NCBI GenBank assembly: GCA_964016885.1
Contig: OZ024746.1
Coordinates: 32,550,001 to 32,614,000, forward strand
DNA: 64,000 nt
Direction of reading: 5' to 3'
Origin: Eledone cirrhosa
Taxonomy: Eukaryota
This document shows, piece by piece, positions 1 through 12,110 of this stretch (positions are counted from its first letter, which is position 1; every line of letters starts with the position of its first letter). The position numbers and the translations under genes were made by a program. The notes under the pieces were generated by a model, which was not told the origin of the DNA, searched no databases, and saw only the letters and a list, made by a program, of their open reading frames with translations.

Positions 1-3000
1 GGGACTGTGTGGGATTAGTGGATAGGGGAGGAGGGTGCAAGAGTCTCACCAACCTGCTCAGGCGTTTTGAACTGTCTGACAGGTACCGATTGGATTTCCC
101 GAATGTGCCAATGTGGACTTGGACAAATCGTATAGGGTCATCCAGATCATATCTAGATAGAATATTTTGTAGGGAAATAGATAGGTCTAGCATAGGCTGT
201 CCACAATTCAAGATAGTCAGCTACACGGACCACAAATTCGTGATCTGTGTGCTTGACTTAGATAGTCTTCATAGACAAGGACCCGGCTACTGGAAGCTAA
301 ACGCGTCCTTACCAGCGCGCAAGGCCTACAGAGACCGGATTAGCGAACTAGTTAAGCGGGCGTTGACAGGGGCCATCGTCAACAACAAGTGAAAAGAGCA
401 ATTAGAATAGAGTCCATTAGGTTTAGTAAGGCTTTAGCAATAGAGAAAAATAGAGCAGAGGGAGAATTAGTTAGAAAATTAGACGAGGCGCTTAGCAAAG
501 GCATCGCGACCGACGTACTTGCGGCGAAATTGGCCCTTGACCAATTCTTCAATGCAAAGCACGAAGGCTGCGTTGTCAGAGCTAGGGTGTGTGCTCTCAG
601 ACACGAGGGGACAAAAGCTGTTCAATGGGCCCGAGTGACGGAGGCGCGTCGTGGCAACAAAGCCACGATCCGGTCTTTGGTGGACCACGACGGGTGCATG
701 CTACTCGATTCCGGAAAAATGTGTGAAGCTTTTCAGCGACACTTCGCACAGCTGTTCGGGGGAAGCGGCGGACCGGATCGGGGATGGACTTTAGTGTCTA
801 CCTTGACGGACTGCCGCGGCTCTCGGCCACTGAGGCGGAGTGTTGCGAAAAGCTGATAACAGCCGCTGAAGTACGGGAGGCAATGACTGGCTGCACAAGG
901 GGTAAATCGCCTGGTTTGGATGGTCTGCCCTATGAACTTTACGTACAAATGCCAGACTTGTTCGGAGGCCTCTTGGCGGACGTCTACTGCAACTGGCAAC
1001 AGAACGGAAGAATTCCCAGCTCTGTGACCCGAGGAGCGGTGGCGCTGCTGAGAACGGATCCGAACAAGGGAGATAACATAGATAATTTTAGGCCCATAAC
1101 TCTGCTAAACACAGAGTTCAAGATTTTGGCCAAGGTGCTAGCAAAGAGGTTGGCGCTTGTCGTTGGTGGTCTGGTGGGAGAGGCGCAGACATGCGCCATT
1201 CCCGACAGATCCATCCACGAGAACCTCCACCTCATGCGATACATAGTCGAGAGGGTAGCTAGGAAACCTGGCACGGGTGGGTCCTTGATCAATTTAGATC
1301 AGTCGAAAGCTTTCGATAGGGTCGACCATCGTTACCTAGCGGCAGTCCTGAGGGCGGCTGGCTTTGGGCCCGTCTTCAGAGACTGGATCGCTGCCATGCA
1401 CAGCGACATCTGCTCTGTGGTGAGAGTGAACGGTCACCTTTCGGAACCGTTCAACATCATGACTCTCGAGCCATTACTGCACAAACTGGAGACGTTGAGG
1501 GGCGTCCCGCGCGAACTAGGATGCGGAAGATCCGTGTCATCATATGCGGACGATGTCACCGTAGTGGTGTCGAGCGCCAAACACATCGAGGCGATCGGCA
1601 CTACACTAAGAGAATACGAAGCGGTGACAGGAGCAATGATCAACCAGGAAAAGTCAGTGGGCCTGAAGCTTGGCACCTGGAGAGGCAGGTCCATGCCGTC
1701 CAACAGCGTCGTCGGGCGCTGGACGGATGGACCGGTTAAATTGCTAGGGGTCTGGTTCGGTCCGGACCTCCAGACGGACACAAACTGGGACGAGGTGACG
1801 AGCAGGGTCGCTTCTCTCACCCAGAAATGGGCGGAGAGGAAGCTATCCCTGAAAGGTCGAGCGAAGGTGCCTAACGCGTACATCGCGTCCGTCATCTACT
1901 ACAGCCTGACCGTCGTACCTTGTCCTGAGCCCCGCCTGACTGCGCTGGAGCATTTGCTCTGTCGCTTTTTGTGGAAAGGACGCGCTCCGATGGTCAGGCG
2001 GTCCATCTGCTGTCAACACCTGCTACGTGGAGGGCTGGGCATGCCGTGGCTGATGATGCGCAGACACGCGCTCAGGCTACGACATCTCCACCTCTTCCTC
2101 CTCGACGGTGATCAGGTGTGGTCGCTGTTTGCTAGACACGTCTTTCCCCAGCTCGTCTCCTTGACGGAGCTGCAGTCCTGGGTCAAGCGAAGACCGAGAG
2201 GAAGCGCTTGGAGACTGGAATATCTTCAGGAGCTCACAGCCCTCGACTAATCGAGCAATGTGATCGGTGGGAACTCCACCTTGGCGTTCTATAGAGGATT
2301 AGTGGAGGGGAAGAGCGACGATGTACTTGGAGAAACTCTAGGCGTCGACGAAAATAAACTAGCCAATCTCTTCGGAAGGACTTTCGGGCCGGGGCCTATG
2401 GACAACTTCCAGAAATCCCTGGCCTGGCAGTGCTACCGAGGAGCTTTGCCAGTTCGGGATAAACTCTACAGGCATGGAGGTGCCGTCAGCCGGGCATGTC
2501 CGAGATGCGCGCAGGGCGACAAACCCGTCCTGCACGCACTCGTCCAGTGTCCGAGCATTGCTGACTTGTGGGTTTATGTCGAACACCTGCTGTCACGTGT
2601 AGGACGGATCCAGCTATCAGCTGAGTCCATCGTGAGGATTGCCCCGCCCTCTTCCTTTAGCCGGGAAGGGCAGGCAGTTTTTATCTGTCTGGTGGCCATG
2701 GCGAAAGAGATAGTATGGTGGACACGTTTGAAAGGGCTGAAGACGAGCACTTACCTCTTCGGTGATGCCCTGATTAACTTTTTCAAATTTCATTTGAGAA
2801 GGAAAATCAGGGTAGAGAGGGAAGTGCTCTCTTCCCAGCATTTTGTTGAAAGATGGGTGAGAGAAGCAAGTATGGCCCGAGTGAATGGGCCTACTCTGAG
2901 TATGTGTCTATAAATTAAAGGTGGAAAACTGGGAGAGGGCACTTGCCCTGGTTGTCAGGGTCACTGTGGCCTTTTAATGGGCTTTCTCCACAAATGTCCC

Positions 3001-3161
3001 TCCGAAGTCTCCCGCCTATTGGGGAATTTTTCATTGTTATTTTTATTACATCCTCTGTTTTTGTTTTTTACACGCAGAAATGCCCATTTGTACCGTCCTG
3101 TATTGTCCTGCACTGTCCTTAATGTCTACTCTATGTAAACCCTTGTGGTTAATAAAGAAAG

Positions 3162-3162
<1 letters not shown>
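1..3162 (+). mobile_element. Tx1/L1-clade non-LTR retrotransposon, 3' part (5' end outside window)
   Basis: APE C-terminus (SYLDRIF, YTDHKFV), RT motifs (GKSPGLDGLP, NFRPITLLNTEFKILAK, LDQSKAFDRVDH, YADD) and zinc knuckle (CPRC..HALVQC). 3'UTR ends CCCTTGTGGTTAATAAAGAAA, then (ATT)n. Confidence 0.95.
9..2913 (+). pseudogene. Disrupted ORF2 (APE-RT-zinc knuckle) of the Tx1-like LINE
   Basis: Four ORF pieces (9-392, 389-856, 784-2250, 2260-2913) with frameshifts near 390 and 785 and an in-frame TAA at 2248-2250. The RT RQGCPLSP motif is missing between EPFNI and MTLEPLL. Confidence 0.9.
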
Positions 3163-3212
<50 letters not shown>

Positions 3213-3550
3213 CACTATTATATTATTATTTCCTTAGATATATGTATATTCACGTGCATCTCACGGGTCTCAACCAGGGACCTAGGGTGAGTGATGGTTT
3301 GTTACGACGCATTTTTTCTCAGCACCATAGATAACTGATGGCATTTTGTTGAGGGCTTGAGAAAGAAAATAACAATGCATCCTATACACATATACACCGG
3401 CACAGACAGAGAATATTCACAGATTATAAAGATCTATATACAACATTTACAAATACATATAGTTAGTAAATCTAATTAGAGTATTTTTGTAGGTTATGCA
3501 TTCCCTTTACAAATATATGCACATTTAAAGCCAGAATTGAATATAAAATA

Positions 3551-3627
3551 CAGGGTGTCCCCCCAAAATGTATACACACTTCAACAGCATTCTAATAAAT
3601 ATGTGTAGACATTTTTTTGAGACCCTG
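3551..3627. mobile_element. Tiny Tc1/mariner-type MITE relic
   Basis: TA|CAGGGTGTCCCCCCAAAATGTATACAC ... GTGTAGACATTTTTTTGAGACCCTG|TA: imperfect terminal inverted repeats flanked by TA. Confidence 0.6.
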
Positions 3628-4773
3628 TAGAATGGATAAAGTGCAAACTTTGGTCTATGAATGTCACATACAAGATACAACGTGGTTTGCTTTCCCAAAA
3701 ATTACATTGGCAATATTCTTCGTAAAATGGAGAGTACAATTTTCTGAATTTCCTTTATAGAAGGTTTACCCGGTACAAGAATTCGTCAGCTGCCGTTGTC
3801 TTACGGTTTCGCGTCGAGCTTCTGCACGTTTGTTATCCATGATGGTGTATTTTCCAAAACTGAACCGAGAAAAAGCGACGAGATTCTTGGGGGAAACTCT
3901 GAGCATCGATGACATATATAGTAGATTCTCTTCCGAATGGGGATTGAACCCCTAAATGTTTTTGTATGTACATTTTTAGAATATCTGGTTTTATTTATTG
4001 CGTATTTTCTCCATAGTTATTTATTACATGGAGGCTAATTTAGAAAGTGGGGCAGCAAATTCAATCTGCCCGGGTTACGATCTTTGAGGGGTCCTACTCC
4101 AAGGGGACCTGTTGGCTCAGACTAAAATGAATAGTAAATGTTTAAACTACAAATTTTAGTATATTTCAATTTTAAAAATAGCTTTTAACTACATTTAACG
4201 ACGAATCTAAAATCCTTTTAACGAGGAATCTAAACTTAAGTCACATTGTTTCTGTTTTCGTTTGTTGTCACCTTTAGTTGGTGCATGCTGACTTTACTAT
4301 CAGAATACGAGACTAAAAAGTGAAAACATATTACTGAGGTCTTGGTTAAACATTGATTAGTTACTGGAAGATGTTCCGAAATTGAGAAATGGAACGCTAT
4401 ACTTGAAGAAGAAGAACATATTTCAACTAGAATAGGTGTTTCAGATGATTTTGCTATTCGCGCGAGCCTGCCAAAATCAAACGGTTTCTAAACACTCCCA
4501 GAGAATCAATGTGTTCTTGAAAACAAGTGATTTTCTTGTCACTAGTCTTCCATGTCACTTTTCTACCGTTAGATACATTTGTGGAGTATTAGAATTTTGT
4601 TATATGAGAATGACTTGTCAGAAAAAGTTCCAGCAGCGATATTCAAGTCATGTTTCAAATGACATTTAGAGTGAAATGCTTCTTAAATGATTTTTTATGT
4701 AAATTGCAAATTTGATGTTATGTTAGCGAAGAAAATTTTATGATGAAATATTAAAATTGAGATTGGGCACTGT

Positions 4774-5001
4774 TTTCCAAATCTTCACATTGCAATTTTT
4801 ATGTCATTACCTTCCACAGTGGCCTCAAACGATAGAAACTTTAATGTTTTGAATCGAATGAAGCCGTACACCCAATCTAAAATGACGCACATATATTTAA
4901 ATTGATTAGCAATTTCGACTATTAGCAACGATAAGTCAGACGTGCTTGATTTTATTAGTGTAATTAAATATTTTGTTCAAAGAAAATTACAGAAAACATA
5001 A
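4774..5001 (+). pseudogene. hAT transposase C-terminal dimerisation-domain relic
   Basis: Manual translation FPNLHIAIFMSLPSTVASNDRNFNVLNRMKPYTQSKMTHIYLN*LAISTIS...LDFISVIKYFVQRK resembles the hAT pattern LPVTVASAERSFSKLK.IK.YLRSTM. Confidence 0.65.
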
Positions 5002-5605
5002 AACATTTTTTTCTTGTTTTGTTGTGTCCACAAGAGTGTCAGCTACACAACTTGGCTAGATATCGTTCCGCCACAGCTGAACACATTGCTGTCCTTTCTC
5101 ATTAAACTCTGCTAAATGCAAGGGTGTTCCACCAAGGGGCATATCAAGAGGTGCTGCATAGTCTGTGGTTCGATGCCAGAGTCACACAAAACGTCCCCAT
5201 CCTTTAAATATCCCCATTCTGCAAGAGTTACTTTTGTACGTCCAACACCAGATCATATGTACTATGTATGTCAGATGAAGGTACTGAAGCAGAACTACTA
5301 ACCTCCCAGGTAAGCCAGGAACCTTCATCTGACTTACATACATTCCCACACTCTACTGAGAGCTCAGATGAGCCTGAAGTCTTTATCTCAGCCAGGGACC
5401 TTATCTGACATACAAACATTTTAAAATGTGAAGAAGTTAACGGATGTGTAACGAAGAATTTGAATTAAAATAATCACGGTACCGTTTTCAATGATAATAA
5501 TAGTATATATATAGTTTATTATATTTTAAATGTATACATTAAAAACGTATGTTCTATGTTGCTGGTCTCAGAGTTGTTGTTTTGAATTTGAACTATAAAC
5601 TTCGT

Positions 5606-5790
5606 TCACCTACCCACACAGAAAAAAAAATTACATGATGTTATGTCAGGGCTTCTTGCTGGGCATTCATGTGGACCTCTATGACCCAACCAACGTTCTG
5701 GAAATTGGACATCAAGCCATTCACGGATAGTACGTTCAAAATGAGGAGGGACTCCATCTCGCACGAATATGAGGTTGTTACAAGTAGTCA
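5606..5790 (-). pseudogene. Tc1/mariner-superfamily transposase fragment
   Basis: IFVRDGVPPHFERTIREWLDVQFPERWLGHRGPHECPARSPDITSCNFFF matches FQQDGAPPH...WLD..FP.RWIGR.GP..WP.RSPDL.P.DFF. Confidence 0.85.
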
Positions 5791-5837
5791 CAGTAGGCCA
5801 AAAGTTATAAGCAATTTTCAGTAGAAAGTTTCTTTCT

Positions 5838-5909
<72 letters not shown>

Positions 5910-5976
5910 GTTCATCTCTCATATAAATACGTATATATAAAAGATGAACATATTTTGAAGAATCTGATTTTCTATG

Positions 5977-6062
5977 AGTCTGATGAGTAAATCGACACTA
6001 GAGTCGTGACCGATGGCAGTCGATTAATGCCACGTGGTGATTATTAGAGAAACACGTGTTAT
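5977..6062 (+). ncRNA. Degenerate hammerhead-like motif
   Basis: CTGATGA (5980), long spacer, GAAA-CACGTG (palindrome)-TT. Stem I pairs poorly. Confidence 0.3.
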
Positions 6063-6112
6063 GTGTGAATACGAATAAAATATGTAAATCTGAAACTTCG
6101 TTCTCTCGTACT

Positions 6113-6186
<74 letters not shown>

Positions 6187-6262
6187 CTCACACACACATA
6201 TACACGCACACATATATAGACATACATACCACACTATACATTTATGCTTGTAAGATTGTGTA

Positions 6263-6338
<76 letters not shown>

Positions 6339-6342
<4 letters not shown>

Positions 6343-6881
6343 TCAATTCAATTCAATTCAATTCAATATATTTGGCAGAAATTAAAACATAGATGCTTCA
6401 GATGCCATGTAAGGAGGGGACGGGGCAACATTTACACAGTCCGAAACACAGTGGTCCAACACCGATCCCATTTCGCCTTGAATTGTTGCGTGGTTAACGC
6501 GTTGACTACTTCTTCTGGAAGCCGATTCCAGGGTCCAGAGATGCGGATAGAGAAAGCAGCTTTCCGTCTATTTAGGCGAAAGCGGCGATGAAACAGCTTT
6601 TTGTCATGTCAACGTAGGCCCCTTTCAAGTGCCTGAGTGAATAGGAGATCTTGAGGGAGATCGTAATGGCCATTGAAGAGATTGTAAGCCAAAATGAGAT
6701 CGCCTCTTAGCCGTCGACGCTCCAAGGAGGAGAGGTTCAGCTTCTGCAGCCGGCTTTCGTAGGGCAGCTCATGAAGACCCTGTACCATTCGAGTCGCTAG
6801 TCGTTGAACTCTCTCCAAGTGATGTATATCCCGGATGAGATATGGGTTTGATGCTTGGATGCCATATTCTAGGTGCGGTCG

Positions 6882-6882
<1 letters not shown>
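6339..6882 (-). mobile_element. 5'-truncated CR1-clade LINE 3' end inserted in (TA)n
   Basis: RPHLEYGIQASNPYLIRDIHHLERVQRLATRMVQGLHELPYESRLQKLNLSSLERRRLRGDLI...WNRLPEEVV, with a pentamer tail (CAATT)n at 6339-6368 and TA tracts on both sides. Confidence 0.92.
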
Positions 6883-6918
<36 letters not shown>

Positions 6919-6930
6919 AAAATATATATA

Positions 6931-7125
6931 ACGAAGGAGGTGTGGTAAGGAACCAGATGGACCATAACGCACCAGAGTACTCAATACTTAGGGTAGTAGA
7001 GTGGGTAATAGGAAAATGTTCAGCCCCGACGGCAGAGCTCAAGCCGTTTCGACGGCTATTTCTGGACTCCAGAAATAGTCGCGAAACGGCTTGAACTCTG
7101 CCGTCGGGGCTGAACATTTTCCTAT
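6931..7125. mobile_element. PLE pseudo-LTR fold-back fragment (family F)
   Basis: About 60-bp inverted arms with apex near 7068 (CTGGA-C-TCCAG) plus a one-sided tail, in (TA)n. Homologous to 49453-49510, 50884-50928 and 54348-54489. Confidence 0.8.
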
Positions 7126-7792
7126 ATATATATATATATATGAATCTATATAAAGAGAGAAATATATAGGTATATTACCCACACATATACATATATACAT
7201 GCAATACAATTTATAGACATAAACACACACACACACACGCACACACACGCACACACACCTACGCACGCACATACACACGCACGCGTGCACACACACACAT
7301 ATATATATATATACATTTAGCAAATATCAACATTAGATTTTATCTTAAAAATGGAGAAAATTAAATTTAAAAAAATCTGAATGATAAAATAAATATTTTC
7401 CAACTACACTGAAAAAACAAAACAAAAAACAAAGACAAAAAACAAAACAAAAAATAACAACAAAAAATAACAAAACATTCTATAGAAAACACTTTAACAA
7501 GAAATAAACAAAATAAATAAATTATATTTACAAAAATATTATGGCAGATTCTCATATTTTAAAAATATTGAATATTTTAGACTGTTTTTCTCCTGAATTT
7601 ATTTTTAAAATTATCAATTTACTGCTTTCTTTCCCAGTTATGTTTGTTCTTGTACAGTTATGTTTTGTACTGAATTTATTATTGTGATTCGTTTGAATAT
7701 CAAAACCAACAAGAATTCTTACACAAACACAGACAAATACAAACCCGTACACACACACAATGCATTCAAACAAGCTATATATATATAAATAC

Positions 7793-7828
<36 letters not shown>

Positions 7829-7899
7829 GACAAATTTATTTTCCCTTCAATTAACATTTTTTCTCGCTGTAATTTTTTATAGACTTTTTCTCTTTTATA

Positions 7900-7940
<41 letters not shown>

Positions 7941-8139
7941 TTATATGTTCACAGATAGACAGACGCATAAGCATATACACCTTTCCTTATTTGTTACTCC
8001 ACATTACTCTCGTAAACCACATATTTAGACATTTGTTAAAAAAACACCGCCTCTCTTTTACACAGACAAACACATATACACACGTGTTAGCGTGTATATG
8101 TGTGTCGACTGAACTTCCGTCGGTCTCAATGGCGATTAT

Positions 8140-8420
8140 GTGTGTGTTCAACGGAACAGACTGCTTGTGAAACTAACGTGTAAATTGATGAGGATTCCAC
8201 GAACACCAGCACCTTTAACATAGTTCTCAGGAAGATTCAGTATAAGATAATGTGTGAAAAGGTTGGAGCTTTGAATTATATGTACAATTCATTTTATAAA
8301 CTTTTATTTCTAGGATATAATCACATAAAAAAATAATTGGTCAGTATCTAATAAAAACAAAATACACTATTACGGTGGCGGTGCCCCAGCATGGCCTCAG
8401 CCGCTCGGCTGGAACGCAAA
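8140..8420 (+). mobile_element. SINE-like interspersed repeat
   Basis: AACGGAACAGACTGCTTGTGAAA...AACATAGTTCTCAGGAAGATTCAG is shared with 50985-51160; GC-rich end TGGCGGTGCCCCAGCATGGCC. Confidence 0.5.
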
Positions 8421-9589
8421 TAAATAAATACATATTAAAGGAAGAAAAAAAATGAAAGAAGAAAAAGAAAAAAGGATCAAGCAACGACAGAAGGGGGGAG
8501 GGATGGACACCATACCCCAGTTAGAGCAGTGCCTTGGCTGCGCCCCTTGGACAAAATGGCAAAGGTATTGCCGCGGAGAATGGCCAGAGACTTCCGCTGC
8601 AACAACCTCACCAGGCAGGCCACGTGAAATAAAATATGTTGCTTAAGGACACAACGCGCTGCTATGAATCAAACTAACGACCTTCCGATCTTGGGCCGAA
8701 CACCAAAACCATTTAGTCATGCACCTTTACACACACACATATACACTCGCAAATACACACATGTATATACACAAATGCCTAAACACACTCACTCACATAT
8801 ACGCGTTTTCCTCTTTGTTACTGCACGTTCTCTTCTTTAGATAATCTCTCAAACATTTCTATTGTATTCTTTCGACTCGGACATATATTTTTTTCAATGA
8901 AAAAACACTAATTCGTCTAAGCGTCCATCTTTGGGACACGAACCCTAACTGTGTTCTGTTAGGCGAATTGTTTAAATTGATTTTCGAATTTTTCAATTTT
9001 GAATATCAGATGTGCACAATTTGCAAATTTGTTTTTATTAAAAAATCACACAAAGCGTATCTAGGATTAAATGATTTCTACTTTTTAAGATGAGGATAAT
9101 TTGGCCGCTATTTCTAGAAGGTCGGAATAATGGGAGTCGTTACAACTATTGTATTTTAGGTCCCATTCTTATTTAACTTACAAACTTCACGATGAAAGGT
9201 GTTATATAAATAATATTGATTTATAAGATATGCATACAGACTCTGAGTATTATAGTGAGGGCAAGATAACAATAGAAAGGGTAGATCTTCATACATTTCA
9301 TAACAGTATCATCCAAGTAAGAGTATTGCAACAGTTCCAATGGCTCCGACTGAGAATGGAAGACAAATCATAAAGTTAAGCTAATCGGTTCGACGAGAGT
9401 TTCATATAGTTTTACGCTTCAAATGGGCGCCATAAATTGATTAAAAGAAATATATATTTGTAGAAAAGCAAACCGAAAAGTACATAGATCGATAACAAAA
9501 AACAAACAACAATAAAACAGGGTCAGATAAACATACATACATATGGATAGACAGACAGAGAGACTGATAGCTAGATTAGCAAATAGATA

Positions 9590-9656
<67 letters not shown>

Positions 9657-10466
9657 GTATATTTATTTAAACATATGCGGAGAGGGAAAGAAACAGTGAA
9701 AGTGAGAGTGAGAGGCAGAGAAAACAACACAAACAAATCGCAAGAAGCATTTCGAAAAATATTATATATATATATATAAAATAAAAATATAAATGAAATA
9801 CAAAGGAAAGGAAAGAAAGTGGACGTCAGAATGTAAAAGAAAGATGGACGTGAATACTGGCAGACATTTACGAAACAATGTATACTTGCAATTAGAAGCT
9901 GAAAATTATCGTCTGCTCGTCAAATATTGTAACCTAGGCAACAATGAATGGCGATGGCAGCAGAAATGTCGCCAATCTATACAATTGTGAGACTGTCTAC
10001 TTAGGATGATTATTGGAGATATTTGTAGTAGTTGTGGTGGTAGGGAAGGTGATAGTTACAGTGGTAGCAGTGAAGACTGTTGTGTGTGTAGTGGTGGCGG
10101 TGGTGGTGAGATGGAATAGAGGACGATGAAGGACAATAGAGGTGCAAAGGTGAGGAGAAGCGGGCATGGAAGGATATGTGTTAATTATGACTCGCGGTGT
10201 GAGATTTAGAGATACGAACACTTCGTTAACCGATCTTCTTTCTCTCTAATTACCAATAAAATAAGTAGTAGTAATATATATATATATATATATATTCCCC
10301 CCCCCCCACACACACACACATATATTTATATATACATACACTTACAAAGGCAACGAACAGATCTAATTGAACTACACACTGAAAAATACACAAACTTAAA
10401 TGTGTGTTTGCGCACATACTCAAACGCACACACATATGTATGTATATATAATCGCACACACACACA

Positions 10467-10538
<72 letters not shown>

Positions 10539-10655
10539 ATTCAATTCGGTTTGACGGAACCAAACAGGCCGAAATTATCAGTGTCCGCAAGACATAGAAC
10601 ATCTGTCACACCCACACATACGCGCGCACCCCCATATTATATATATATATATATA

Positions 10656-12100
10656 ATGAATAAAAACAAAGAAACAGTTCCTTATATTAAAAAATTCATT
10701 ATTTTACGATCGTTTCTAGGATATATATGTTTGTGTTGGTATGTATATCATATAGATCTATGGAAAATTTTTACAAACTATCAGAGGGAATATACATACC
10801 TAGACATATATATGCTGTCTTCAGAAATAATGATATTTGTTTATTGAAAAAAAACTAACAAAGATTTAATATAATAGGTCTGTTTGGGAACAGGTTTTGA
10901 ATTGACCAATAGAAAGGTAGTAAATGGTCAAGATGGTAAAATAGTAGTAATAGAACTTTAATTGAGGGGTAGAGGAAGGCAGATTTCAGTTTTGAATGGA
11001 AAGAGTATGATGAATGAAAAGATTATTTTAGGGATGAAAATAGGTCAAGTCGGTAAAAGGTACACGAAAAATTGATGTTATAAAAGAATAATGCCAATGT
11101 AAATATCTAAGGAGAATAAAATGTTACGATAAATGTGTTAGTGAAAAATATCAATCTTATTTAAAATATAGGGAATTTACATCTATAAAAAGAAAATAAA
11201 TTAATTAAATTGATAGGTATATTTATATTGATAAATTTATATTAATGCATATAGATATGATAAATAAGAGTTAGATGTAATTGAAGAGTGCTGTTAAAAA
11301 CGAAGGGAAAATAAAAAAATAATAATAATAATTATTGGGGGTGGTGTGGTGTAAATTTATTAGTTAGAAATAACAAATTTATATAGATTATAAGGAACAT
11401 AGAATCATAACCTGAAATTAAAATAGTTTATATGTATACTTAATGGTATAAATTTTAGGAAAAGATAGCTGTAAAAGGGAAATAAAATTATGTAGTTCAT
11501 TAGTAGTAGAATATTAATTATAGGTTAACTAATTAAAAAAAATGTTATTATAATAATTTCTAAAGTGTATATTAATTAGGTTTATAATATTTAAAAGTTC
11601 TTCTCAGTTTATGATTACATGATATAATTAATTCCTGTCGTTTATTTAATAGGATATCCTTAGATTTCATTATTTCAAAAACATAATCTACATTCTTATC
11701 TATTATTTTGATAAGGGGTGGCCATTTTGAGCACACTCCAGGTCAGGTCATAATCTATATTCCTCTTTCTATAATTATTAATTATTTCAGCTAAAGATGT
11801 TGTATTAGCTAATGCGGCATTTTAAAAACTGTGTTTGTGGGTATTAAATCTTACTTTAAATTGGTTAGAAGTAGCTCCTATATATGAATAAATTGAGTCC
11901 TTAGTGTTAACTTTACATTTATATACTATGTTATTAATAAGGCAATTTCCTTTTAATGGGCAATTTGCTTTGTTTCTACAGTTACAACCTTTCGTGAATG
12001 CTGTATCAGAGGAGATAGTCAAATTAGGTGTGGAATTTTCACGACTTGTTGTATGTGAATGAGATGGTGGTTTGCTGTGGTTTATTTTAGTATAATTTGA
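10656..12100 (-). mobile_element. 5'-truncated Penelope-like element (GIY-YIG end, 3'UTR, hammerhead), family A
   Basis: Minus strand 12022-11572 reads CNCRNKANCPLKGNCLINNIVYKCKV...YIGATSNQFKVRFNTHKHSF*NAALANTTSLAE...CRLC...LLNKRQELIISCNH. It ends in (TA)n near 10655. Confidence 0.9.
10696..10833 (-). ncRNA. Type I hammerhead ribozyme (family A)
   Basis: Minus strand: TCATTATTT-CTGAAGA-[long stem II]-GAAA-CGATCG-TA-AAATAATGA. Stem I is 9 bp and stem III is palindromic. Confidence 0.88.
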
Positions 12101-12110
12101 CTATCTCCTC

